Assembly: GCA_001275005.1 (NCBI GenBank)
Contig: JWZX01001440.1
Coordinates: 1 to 32,094 of the forward strand
Source: Chrysochromulina tobinii
Taxonomy: Eukaryota
Length of the DNA: 32,094 nt
Reading direction: 5' to 3'
Position numbers and translations under genes: made by a program. Of the stretch, positions 18,563 through 28,775 are shown one piece after another. The notes under the pieces are model-generated. The model did no database searches. It saw only the letters and a program-made list of their open reading frames with translations, and had not been told where the DNA came from. Each line of letters starts with the position of its first letter. Positions within the stretch are counted from its first letter, which is position 1.

Positions 18563-21500
18563 ATGCCAGCCGCCGCTGAGGATGAGCCCGATGAGTCGGA
18601 GCAGCCATTCTACTCTGCATATGGCAAGATCAGCAGCCGCTTCGGTGCCGACGCGAACGACGAGCCCACGGTCGAGGACCTGACTGCCGCAGACTTTCGG
18701 GAGGGTGGCAAGGTGCCAAAGATTGCTCCCTCGGAGAGCACAACGCTGACTCTATTCGTCGAGCGGTGCACGGCTAAGCGTCCGACCGAGACGCTCAAAG
18801 GTAGGAGCGAAAAGTACGACGAATGCCAGGCGGCTCTGGATGCCGCCTTCCGCGAGCACTTTGCCGACTGGAACCCGTCAGCAATCGAGATTGTGTCCAA
18901 TCCGAAGCCGGCGCAGTCACCGTACGTCTTCCTGCCGCCCAACCAGGCGTTTGCGTACAAGGGTCGCGTCAACAGCTTGGATGCTCCGCTATTCATCCAC
19001 GATCTCGGCCCGTCGACGCGACAGCAGCTCCTCGATGGCACTCTGGTCATCGATGCGTCCGACTTCCCGCCACAGCTGCTCAAGTACCCGCGTGTCGGCG
19101 CGTTCGAGGTCACCTACCAGCTTTACGATGGCTATCGGCCAATCGCGCAAAAGCTCGTCTTCTCCAAGCTCGCGACGAACACTTGGCCCTCTCCAGCCCA
19201 GTTGGTCAAGCGGATCGCGCTTCACGTGCAAATGGACCTATACCGGCAAAGTCGGTCGCACGCCAAGTTGGCCACCGATTTGCGCGCAAAAGCGGGCAAG
19301 TGTGCGCAGGAGCTTGCGGCGGCGCTAGGCATGATGCAGGAGCAGCAGCAGCGCGCCGAGGCGACCGCCGCGGAGCTCTCGGCAGCAGCTGACGCCGAGA
19401 GCGGCGGCGAAGGCGCTTCGGCGCTGGCGACGCTTCAGGAGCGCACGGCCGCCGAGCGCCAAAAGGCACTCGCAGCACGCTTCGCGTACGACAGGGTGCG
19501 CGTTCGGCACGCAGACCTGATAGCCAAGGCGGAGGTCGCCGAGGCACGGGTGGCGATGCAGACTGCCAAAAAGGAGCTAGTCGAGTGGGAGGCGTCGCAG
19601 AAGACGCTCGAGGATGCCTTGCAACGAGTTGAGGCCTTCGCCATTGCGGGCGATTCGAGCCTCGCGAGCGAGTTTCGCCAGCATGCACACGTCCTACGCA
19701 GAAACGCCGACCGCGAACTTGCCGAAGCGCGTGCCGCGCAGGAGAGCGCCACCAAGGAGCTGCTCGAGGCCATGCACGCCGACATGCGTGCCGCGGAGGC
19801 CAAGGAGGCGCTGTGCAGCTCCGCCGTCGCCGCAGCCACAGAGGCCGGTGCCGACGTCATCGAGATCGAACGGAAGCGCGCTGCGATGCTCAAGGCGCAT
19901 GAGGGCGTCGTCGAGGCGCGCGTGCGCATCGAGGATGCCGAGGCCCAAGCTGCGATGGCCGCCGCCGACATTGAGTTCAAGGAGGCGGTATCGGTGATGC
20001 TGCAAGCCAAGCTCGCGCGAAATGAGGCCATGTATGCTCCTTCCGGCGATGCCGAGGCTGCCGCCACCCACGCCGCCGAACTCAAGCAGAGAGCCCTCGA
20101 AGAGCTCCAGGACGCTCGCCAGCACCTCAATCGTGCGGCGAATGAGGCCATCGAGGCGGCCGAGGCTCGGCACGCCAAGGAGGTGTCCGAGGCCCAGCAG
20201 GCCAAATGGGACTTGACGGCCGCAGAAGCGGCGCTGACCGGAGGCACTCTTGGCGGCGCGAAGAAGACGGCACGGCACGTTGCGGACATGGAGCGGCTGC
20301 GCCAGATTGTGGAGCGCGAGAGCAGCCAAGCTGAGGTGTCCAAGCTCAACTTGCAGATCACGAGGCGGGAGCTCTCCGAAAAGCAAGCGGCCATCGAGGA
20401 GGTGGTCGAGAAGGCCTTGGCGGAGGAGGCGCAGGAAGCGGCCGAGCGACGCAAGCGGGAGCTCGCGGCGGCGGCCGTAAAGGAGCGTGACGAGGCCGAC
20501 GCGGCCATCGCCCAAGCCGCTCGCCTCGATGCGATGGCCGAGGAGGCGGAGAAGGCAGCCGTGGCGGCCACGCTGCGTGCGGGGGAGCTGGTGCGCCAGC
20601 ACGGGCGCCACAACCCGCTCTCCAGCTCGGCGCTCGCCTCCGAGCGCCAGGCGAAGGACGTTGCCTTTCAGCTACGGCGGGATGCGACTCAAGCCGCGGC
20701 GGCGGCGGAGCGGGAGCGGCTCGAGGCGGAGAGCGCAGAGATCAGCAAGGAGGAGATGGAGGCCGAGCTCGCGTACGAGCACTATCGCCTCGTGAACGTC
20801 AAGCTGGACGTCCAGCGCAACAACGTGATCAGTCTTCTGGAGCAGATGGAGGAGGTGGCCGCCACTGGCGAGCTCGAGCTCGAGCTGCGAGTCGCCGAGA
20901 CCGCCGCCGCTGCGCAGGCGGTGCTCGACAAGCTGGCCGAGCAGAGCGAGGAGGCGCTGCGCCAGGCGCGCAAGGAGTTGGAGGACGTGGCGGTGATACG
21001 CGAGCGCTTCGAGCAGCAGCAGCTCGCGTGTTCCGAGAAGCAGCTGTCCAAGCTGAGCAACCTCGCCGAGGACGCCGAGACGGCGGCCGAGGCGGCGAGT
21101 GCACACCTCGCCGAGGTGATGTCAGCCGTCGTGGTGAAGACGGCAGCTCTCAAAGAGGCCCAGGAGAACGTCCGTGCGGCAGAGGCTCGCACGTCGGGTG
21201 CTCGCGCGGCGCTTGCGAGCGTGCGTGCGCGCCTCGACCGCGAGCGAGACGAGTTTGGCGTGGCAGCGGTGAAGCGGCTGGAGGCGGCGAGAGAGATGAC
21301 TGGTGTGCTGGCCGAGCAGGTGGTGGTCAAAGTTGCGACGCTGGAGATGCAGCTCGAGGCGGCGCATCGCAAGGAAGAGATTGCGAAACAGCTGGACAAT
21401 CAAATCGCCGTGCGGAGCGCGAAGGCAGCGATCAAGCAGCTATCCACGCGGCTGGCAACGGCGGTGGCCAAGAAGGCTGAGGTCGACGCGCTGGTGATCG

Positions 21501-21868
21501 CGGCGGCCGACGCCGTCGAAGCAGGCATCCGAAAGCAAATGCGCAACGAGGCAGTGGCCGCCAGCACGATGGCGAGCGTTGCCGAGGCGATGGCTGCGAG
21601 AGCGGAGGCCGAGGCGAAGGCCGCGGTCGCGCAACACGCGAATGTCGTCAAGGACGCCACCGCCAAGGGCTATGCAAGCAGTGATGCAAAGCGTCAGGTG
21701 GACCTGGCAAAGCACTTGGAGAGGGCTGCGATCGCAAAGGCCGCTCGCAAGCGTGATCAGGCACGAGACGCTAGGTCGGAGGCGGAGGCGGCCGAGAAGT
21801 TGGCGTGTGGCAAGATTGAGGAACGAGTGCAGAGTCTCGCAGTCGAAAGAAGGAAGGAGCAACGATGA
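18563..21868 (+). CDS. 1101-aa protein: N-terminal Rdx/SelW-like thioredoxin-fold domain followed by ~870 aa of Ala/Glu-rich coiled coil
   Basis: Long ORF with GC3-rich codons; LFVERC...YPRVGAFEV...LVFSKLATNTWPS resembles the Rdx-family G-x-FEV...FSKL..xP pattern; the remainder is heptad-like and almost Pro-free. Confidence 0.85.
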   Translation: MPAAAEDEPDESEQPFYSAYGKISSRFGADANDEPTVEDLTAADFREGGKVPKIAPSESTTLTLFVERCTAKRPTETLKGRSEKYDECQAALDAAFREHFADWNPSAIEIVSNPKPAQSPYVFLPPNQAFAYKGRVNSLDAPLFIHDLGPSTRQQLLDGTLVIDASDFPPQLLKYPRVGAFEVTYQLYDGYRPIAQKLVFSKLATNTWPSPAQLVKRIALHVQMDLYRQSRSHAKLATDLRAKAGKCAQELAAALGMMQEQQQRAEATAAELSAAADAESGGEGASALATLQERTAAERQKALAARFAYDRVRVRHADLIAKAEVAEARVAMQTAKKELVEWEASQKTLEDALQRVEAFAIAGDSSLASEFRQHAHVLRRNADRELAEARAAQESATKELLEAMHADMRAAEAKEALCSSAVAAATEAGADVIEIERKRAAMLKAHEGVVEARVRIEDAEAQAAMAAADIEFKEAVSVMLQAKLARNEAMYAPSGDAEAAATHAAELKQRALEELQDARQHLNRAANEAIEAAEARHAKEVSEAQQAKWDLTAAEAALTGGTLGGAKKTARHVADMERLRQIVERESSQAEVSKLNLQITRRELSEKQAAIEEVVEKALAEEAQEAAERRKRELAAAAVKERDEADAAIAQAARLDAMAEEAEKAAVAATLRAGELVRQHGRHNPLSSSALASERQAKDVAFQLRRDATQAAAAAERERLEAESAEISKEEMEAELAYEHYRLVNVKLDVQRNNVISLLEQMEEVAATGELELELRVAETAAAAQAVLDKLAEQSEEALRQARKELEDVAVIRERFEQQQLACSEKQLSKLSNLAEDAETAAEAASAHLAEVMSAVVVKTAALKEAQENVRAAEARTSGARAALASVRARLDRERDEFGVAAVKRLEAAREMTGVLAEQVVVKVATLEMQLEAAHRKEEIAKQLDNQIAVRSAKAAIKQLSTRLATAVAKKAEVDALVIAAADAVEAGIRKQMRNEAVAASTMASVAEAMAARAEAEAKAAVAQHANVVKDATAKGYASSDAKRQVDLAKHLERAAIAKAARKRDQARDARSEAEAAEKLACGKIEERVQSLAVERRKEQR

Positions 21869-22668
21869 CGTTGGTAGTACGGTAGCACGAATGAGTCGCA
21901 ATGTAGGAGTCAGTTATAGAAGAGTTGTTTGAGAGTCGCCTACCCTACGGCTGAGCGACCGGAGAACGAGCCCGGTCTGTAAGTAAAAGTAGTAATTCAC
22001 GCCTCCAGGCAGCGTACACGTCTCACGGCGAGCCCGGACCGGCCAATTGGGGCCGGCGCGGGCGCCACCGGACGCGAAAAGCGCGATGGTCCGAGCTCCG
22101 ACACGGTTCATATCATAACCATGTTCAACTTTTCACACGTCATATGTGAGTCTGAGGCAGCCATCAGGTGGTGGAATAAGAGAGTACGTCTACGTTTCTA
22201 GAAGTGCAGCGCATGTTCTGCGCTTCGTTGGGGGTACGCTTGGCGTGTGTGCGAGCATCGCGGACGAGGCAGGGGCGTCGCGTGCCAAAACGTGGCAGGA
22301 ATTGGCCAAGGACCCCTCGAGGTGACCTGCCTTTGGGGGTTGTGCGCGCCGTTCACAGCTGCCGTTCACACCCCGAAGCTTTCTTTCCTTATCGAGCGCG
22401 CGATGGCTGAGGAGAACCTTGTTTGCCAGTGCTGAGCAGTCGGCTTCGCCAGCGAGTTGGCTCATCGCGCGCTCCGTCGCTCTTCGTGCTAAACGTGCGT
22501 CGGTGCGATCGCTGCACGGTCACACCGCACCGCCTTCGCACACGGAATACATCGAGTCCGCTCCCTGGTAGGTGCTTTCTTCCACGGAGCCCGCGGGGCA
22601 CTTCTGCATCTCAGTGCTGCCGAATACACACGCTGCCTAAGCCTCTCTTCTTCTCTCTTGTTCGCAGG

Positions 22669-24129
22669 ATGATCGCGATGCTCATCAACTGTGTAGCGGA
22701 GAAGACCAACGCCCACAGCGATAAAATCAACTCGGTCACCTTTTCGCCCGATGGCACGAAGATCGTGTCGGGATCGGCTGACGGGACGATCAAAGTCTGG
22801 GATTCGGGTGCGCTGCGCCCTCAAATCGCCCTTTCTTGGCCAAAACTGACGCCTGTGTTGGCTTGCCTGGCAGACAAGCTCGAGTTGCTGAGCGAGAAGA
22901 CGAACGCCCACAGCGACTACATCACGTCAGTCGCGTTTTCCCCAGACGGGGCCAAGATTGCGTCGGGATCGTACGACAGGACGATCATAGTCTGGGAATC
23001 GGGTGCGCCGGAGCCCTCAAAATCGCCCCTCCTTGGCCAAAACTGACGCCTGCTGGCTTGTCTGGCAGACAAGCTGGAGCTGCTGAGCGAGAAGACGGTC
23101 GCCCACAGCGACTGCATCAACTCGGTGACGTTTTCACCGGACGGAACCAAGATCGTCTCGGGATCGCACGACGGGACGATCAAAGTCTGGGATTCGGGTG
23201 CGCCGCGAGCTCAAAATCGCCCCTCCTTGGCCAAAACTGACGCCTGCTGACTTGTCTGGCAGGCAAACTGGAGCTGCTGAGCGAGAAGACGAACGCCCAC
23301 CGCGGTGCCTTAAAGGCAGTCGCGTGGGTCGCGTTTTCCCCGGACGGGACCAAGATCGTGTCTGCATCGGACGACAAGACTATCAAAGTCTGGGATTCGG
23401 GTGTGCCGAAGCCCTTAAAATCGCCTCTCCTTGGCCATAAACTAACGCCTGTTGGCTTGTCTGACAGACAAACTGGAGCTGTTGAGCGAGAAGACGAACG
23501 CCCACAGCGACTGCATCATGGTGGCGTTTTCCCCGGACGGGACCAAGATCGTGTCAGGATCGTGGGACAAGACGATCAAAGTCTGGGAATCTGGTGCGCC
23601 GAAGCCCTCAAAATTGCCCCTCCTTGGCCAAAACTAACGCCTGTTGGCTTGTCTGGCAGGCAAGCTGGAGCTGCTGAGCGTGAAGATGAACGCACACAGC
23701 CAAGAAATCACGTCGGTGGCGTTTTCCCCGGACGGGACCAAGATTGTGTCCGGATCGGACGACCAGACGATCAAAATCTGGGATTCGGGTGCGCCGGAGC
23801 CCTCAAAATCGCCCCTCCTTGGCCAAATCTGACGCTAGCTGGCTTGTCTGGCAGGCGCATTGGAGCTGTTGAGCGAGAAGACGGTCGCCCACAGCGACTG
23901 GGTCATGTCGGTCGCGTTTTCCCCGGACGGGGCCAAGATTGTGTCCGGATCGTACGACGGGACGATTAAAGTCTGGGATATGGTCAAGTGGTCTCGCAAA
24001 GATCATTTGATGTTCAATGATACCACCCAGCGATTCGTCTTGCTGCTGCTGTGGCTGAACAAATACAGTATGAAGTTTCCGGATGATGTGCTTGATCTAC
24101 TCATCGAAACTTGCTTGCAAAGCAGTTGA
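22669..24129 (+). CDS. WD40 protein, 7 near-identical repeats at one per exon, with C-terminal F-box-like helical tail (~354 aa)
   Basis: Exons 22669-22807, 22874-23002, 23069-23197, 23263-23400, 23468-23593, 23660-23788, 23855-24129 (1065 nt, open frame); six phase-1 GT-AG introns of 65-67 nt. Repeat consensus [42 protein letters not shown]. An acceptor just before the ATG suggests an upstream exon. Confidence 0.92.
22697..23979 (+). repeat. Tandem array of ~195-bp exon+intron units
   Basis: Intron consensus gtgcgccg.agccctcaaaatcgcccctccttggccaaaactgacgcctg.tggcttgtctggcag occurs six times. Confidence 0.95.
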
Positions 24130-24544
24130 GAGGTGTGGGGTGACGGCGGCTGGATGTGTCGCATCCGATCTGATCCACACGGGTCATGGCGCGCGCCGTT
24201 CTAGAGAGTCCTCGAGCAGTCGAATGATTCAGATTGACACGCATATGTTGACACAGGAACTTGTAAACTGCCTGTTAATTACTGGTACCACGTGCCCCAG
24301 GTATGGGGTACCACGCGAAAAATGCAATGCCAAATCCTGTCGTGTTAACGTTCACACACACGTTCACACCTCTTGCGGGGAGAAAAAACCGAGCTGAACT
24401 GTGTGTGGAGACCGCGCGCGTAAAACATGGGCCGCGTGCTCTTGAAGGAGCTCCGCAACGCGGCGCCGCGCGCGCCTTCCGACCGCCTTTCGACCGACAA
24501 CGTGCGACCACTGGTCCTCTGCAGGCTCTCACAGATAAATCCGA

Positions 24545-27500
24545 ATGAGGCGGCGGAAAATCAAAATTGGGTGGCCACGGCACGTTCAGATGAGTTTGGT
24601 GCACGAACGGAGGGCGGAGGCGAGGGTTGGTGCGCAGCTGATGCAGGCGCTGCAGGCGCAGGTGGTACAACTGACGAACCGTGTTTCTACCCTAGACGAA
24701 GCTCTCCTTGCCGAGCGTCGGGAAAACGAACAGCTGTCTCAAGAACGAGCAGAACGGCTTCGGGCGCAGGCGGAGGCGTCTGAGAACGCGTTGCGCGACC
24801 AGTTCCGAGCACTGTCGGCTCGGGTAGAAGCGCAAGTGGATCAAGGCGAGAAATCTCTTCGAGACTATCCTTCTCAGTTACGTGCCCAGGCGGACGCGTC
24901 GGAGGGGGTGCTCCGGCAGGAGATTGCGCGCCTGCGCTCGGAGGCAGCCGTTTCGCTCTCCGCCGCCAGCCCAAACTCGAGTCGTCCCCCGACTGTTGCG
25001 GAGCTGGGCCTCCGAGTGGAAGCGCTCAAGCAGTTGAAGGAGAGTGGCGTTCCAGCCTTCCCAGCTAAGGAACTTGGGTATACGCTCATGGAGCTACGGC
25101 TTGCAGGCTACTCGTTTGCGGAAGTGAGGCTCATACCCGGGTATACGCTCGCCGAGATCAAGGCCGTTGGGTACGTCGAGGGCCTCAAGGCGGCCGGGAT
25201 TAAGTGTGACGACGCCAAGGCGGCCGGCTACACGCTCGCCGAGATGAGAGCGGGTGGCTTCACGTGCGCCGATGCCAAGACGGCCGGCTACACGCTCGCC
25301 GAGATGAGAGCGGGTGGCTTCACGTGCGCCGACGCCAAGGCGGCCGGGTTCGTCGAGGGCCTCAAGGCGGCGGGCTTCACGTGCGTGGAGGCCAAGGCGG
25401 TCGGCTACACGCTTGCGGAGATGAGAGCGGATGGCTTCACGTGCGCTCAGGCCAAGATGGCCAGCTACACGCTCACAGAGATGAGGGCAGACGCATACAC
25501 GTGCCTCGAGGCGAAGACGGCCGGCTACACGCTTGAGGAGATGAGAGCGGGTGGCTACAACTGCGCCGAGGTCAAGGCGGCTGGCTACACATGTGTCGAA
25601 GCCAAGGCGGCGGGCTACACGCTCAAGGAAATGAGGGGCGCTGCGCCGGCCGCCGGGCCTGCTACCAGTGGCTTTTCATTCGGTGCGCCACCTGCATCCG
25701 CTGCGCCCGCTGTGCCCGCTGCGCCGGCGACGGGGGGCTTTTCGTTCACTGCGGTCGGCAACCCGCCTAGCACTCCGGTCACCGCGCCTGCTACCAGTGG
25801 GTTTTCATTCGGTGCGCCCGCTGCGCCCGCTGCGCCGGCTGCGCCGGCGACGGGTGGCTTTACGTTTACTGCGCTCGGCAACACGCCTTGCACGACGACC
25901 GCCGCGCCTGCTACAAGTGGCTTTTCATTTGCTGCGCCAGCAACAGTTGGCAAAGGACGAGGACGAGGACGAGGCACCAGCACGCCGGCCTCCGCGCCTG
26001 CTACAAGTGGGTTTTCATTCGGTGCGCCCGCTGTGCCAGCGACGGGTGGCTTATCATTTGCTGTAGTCGGCAGCCCGCCTGGCGACCAAGCAGGGCCTCG
26101 CCCGTCTTTCAAGGCAAAGCGGCCCGCAAAACCAGCCTTTGGCAGCCCCGCCGCCGGCTCTGGTTCACCGCCGGCACCAACCACTGGAACTCTGGCGGCG
26201 GCAGTCCCTTTGTCAAACGCCGCCCTGGAAAAGCTACACACGGCGGTGAAGGAGAACCAGTTGGCCGATGTGAAAACTCTGCTCGCCTCGGGCTCAAACC
26301 TAGTCAACATGGCTGATGACAACGGGATGACGGCACTCATCTGGGCTGCATCCAAGGGCCATGGTGAGATGGTCGGAGTCCTCCTCGAATTCGGCGCGGA
26401 CAAGAAAGCGGTGACGAAAAAGGGCAATAACGCACTGCAGGCAGCCAAAATGGGTCAAGAACAGGCTCCCGGCGACGCGCGTTTCGACCATGCTATCCGA
26501 ATTCTAGAAGCCCCGCCCGGACTCAAGCTCGAAGGTGGCTCGCTGCCAGGAAATGCGGCCAAATACGGTGGCACCTACAAGCTTGATCCGAGGAAGCTTG
26601 TAAACGGCCGGCCCGCGTATCAGCACACGAGCGATGCAACTTGCTGGATTGCGTTCGCTGGAGACCGCTGGATGGGGCTGCCTGAGTCGCTACTTGGTGA
26701 GAAGAAGGGCTTCCTGGACCTAACAGACTCAGCTGCTGCTTCGCCCGACGTGAGTGCCAAGACATGGAAGGTGAGCGGCAGAGCGGGCTCTGGTTGGGTT
26801 GAGGCGCCGCAGCTCAAGTGCACTGCTTGGACGCCGCCGCCGCCGCCACTCGCCGCCGAGCCCGTCGGTGCAATGGCTGGTAGTTCGGCGGGCTTTTACA
26901 CATGCGCCGAGGCCAAGACGGCAGGCTTCACGCTTACTGAGATGAGAACGAGCGGGTACACATGCGCCGACGCCAAGGCGGCCGGGTTCGTCGAGGGCCT
27001 CAAGGCGGCGGGGTTCACTTGCCTCGAGGTGAAGACGGTCGGCTACACGCTCGCGGAAATGAGAGTGGGTGGCTTCACATGCGCCGAGGTCAAGGCGGCC
27101 GGGTACGTCACGGGCCTCAAGGAGGCCGGCTACACGTGCCTCGAGGTGAAGGCGGCCGGCGGTGGCTTCACGTGCGCCGACGCCAAGGCGGCCGGGTTCG
27201 TCGAGGGCCTCAAGGCGGCGGGGTTCACTTGCCTCGAGGTGAAGACGGTCGGCTACACGCTCGCGGAGATGAGAGTGGGTGGCTTCACATGCGCCGAGGT
27301 CAAGGCGGCCGGGTACGTCACGGGCCTCAAGGAGGCGAGCTACACGTGCCTCGAGGCGAAGGCGGCCGGCTACACGCTCGCAGGGATGAGAGCAGGCGGA
27401 TACAATAGCACCGAGGTCAAGGCGGCCGGCTACACACTTGCGGAGATGAGAGTGGGAGGGTACACCGAGGGCCTCAAGGCGCTCGGCTACACGTGCGCCG

Positions 27501-28001
27501 AGGCGAAGGCGGCCGGGTACGTCATGGGCCTCAAGGAGGCGGGCTACACATGCGCGGAGGCCAAGGCAGGCAATTACACGTGCGCTCAGGTCAAGATGGC
27601 AGGGTATACGCTCGCAGAGATGAGAGCAGCCGGCTTCACGTGCGCCGAGGCGAAGGCGGCCGGGTTCAATCCCAAGGAGTCCATGCAGGCTGGCTTCACC
27701 TACCAAGAGGGGCTTGCGGTGGGTTATCCTTCCCATATCGATGGCCATCCTACCAATGTTACGTCGTGGAACTTCGGTATGCAACCACCGCGACTCGAAT
27801 CGACGATCTCCCTCCCCGCGCTCCCACCGCCTCCGCGCGCGCGCCCCTCAGTCCAGCGTCCAATGAGGCGGGCCGCGGCGCTGCGTGCGGCCCGCGCCCT
27901 GCGTGCGGCTTGCTGGCGTAGTGACCCTTGCTGCAGACTCACGCCCGCTCGTGTGCGCGCATGGCGCAGGGGTTTATGACTGGAATGGGAACGATTTGTG
28001 A
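24545..28001 (+). CDS. Mosaic repeat protein (~1090 aa): coiled coil, Cys-containing decapeptide repeats, GFSFG repeats, ankyrin repeats, small beta-rich domain, second decapeptide array
   Basis: ORF 24545-27979. AG(Y/F)TxxExKA decapeptides at ~25070-25635 and ~26890-27725; ATSGFSFGAP repeats ~25660-26060; ankyrin DNGMTALIWAASKGHGEMVGVLLEFGAD. A probable last intron 27777-27969 (GTATGC...CTCAC...CGCAG) gives the C-terminus NFGVYDWNGNDL* ending at 28001. Start uncertain (24545, 24590 or 24641). Confidence 0.85.
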
Positions 28002-28088
28002 TTGATAGGCTTCGCAGCCATGCCCGCCTGGGACAGCACCGCCGTGCCGCGATCCGTCCTCTATAGGGCGTGCTGGGCACCTAATGTT

Positions 28089-28132
28089 ATCTGCGGCATC
28101 TGCGGCATCTGCGGCATCTGCGGCATCTGCGG
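28089..28132. repeat. 9-bp tandem repeat (ATCTGCGGC) x5
   Basis: Directly visible. Confidence 0.9.
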
Positions 28133-28775
28133 AGCGAGAGGGTGGCCGCCGTTGCTGCCATGAGCCACGCGCCAAGCTGTGCAGGACGACAGAAAGAGCA
28201 AGAGCAAAAGATGAAAAGAACGATTGGACTTTGGCGCATCGTGAATGTTCGACAGTAATTGTAAACACCACGATCACTCGAGCACATAGAACAGAGTGAA
28301 AGTGTAGTAAGCCGTACGGCACACGACAGCTGTACTGTGTATTCGACGGGGTTTTGAAAAGCGTCCAGGATATTAAACATGCTCGATTTCACAGTTTAGT
28401 CACAGTAATCGCGATATATAACGGGATCCGATTTGATCCGATTGCCGTGCGCTCTGCGCGGTCCGGCGGGGTTTGGGGTTAGGGGAGTTAAATTACATTA
28501 TTTCGCTTTGCGGCGCGCGGAGGAGCGCCGGGCCGCCGCGCGCGACATCACCGTGTCGGATGCGATTTACTACTTTGATCTTTCTTCGCATAAACCGTAC
28601 TTGGTTGTACATGGATGTACTCCGAGTATTTTCAGCAGTTATCTCGGAAGTGCTCGCCCTCCTCGCGGGCCCGAGAGGCGAATCGGCTCTGGCGAGGGCC
28701 CGCTCGGCGCAACACCCGTCTCCACGCCCCGCTCGTCCTGAGACCCCATTCCATATGCACTCACGTCCCTTGTGC

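Noticed and set aside
19435..21901. Long minus-strand ORFs inside 18563-21868 (similar shadow ORFs occur inside 24545-27979 and, on the plus strand, inside 28776-32094)
   Set aside because: Antisense or alternative-frame shadows of repetitive GC-rich coding sequence.
22190..22601. Short ORFs upstream of the WD40 gene (e.g. ...LSFLIERAMAEENLVCQC)
   Set aside because: No family recognised and no NACHT or other NLR domain that would extend the WD40 gene; cannot be supported as coding.
22808..23854. Regular 66-bp repeats with ~129-bp spacers, superficially CRISPR-like
   Set aside because: The repeats are GT-AG introns with CTGAC/CTAAC branch sites, the spacers are homologous WD40 exons, and no cas genes are present.
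28467..28486. Telomere-like ggggtttggggttagggg
   Set aside because: Only one TTAGGG unit, not an array.
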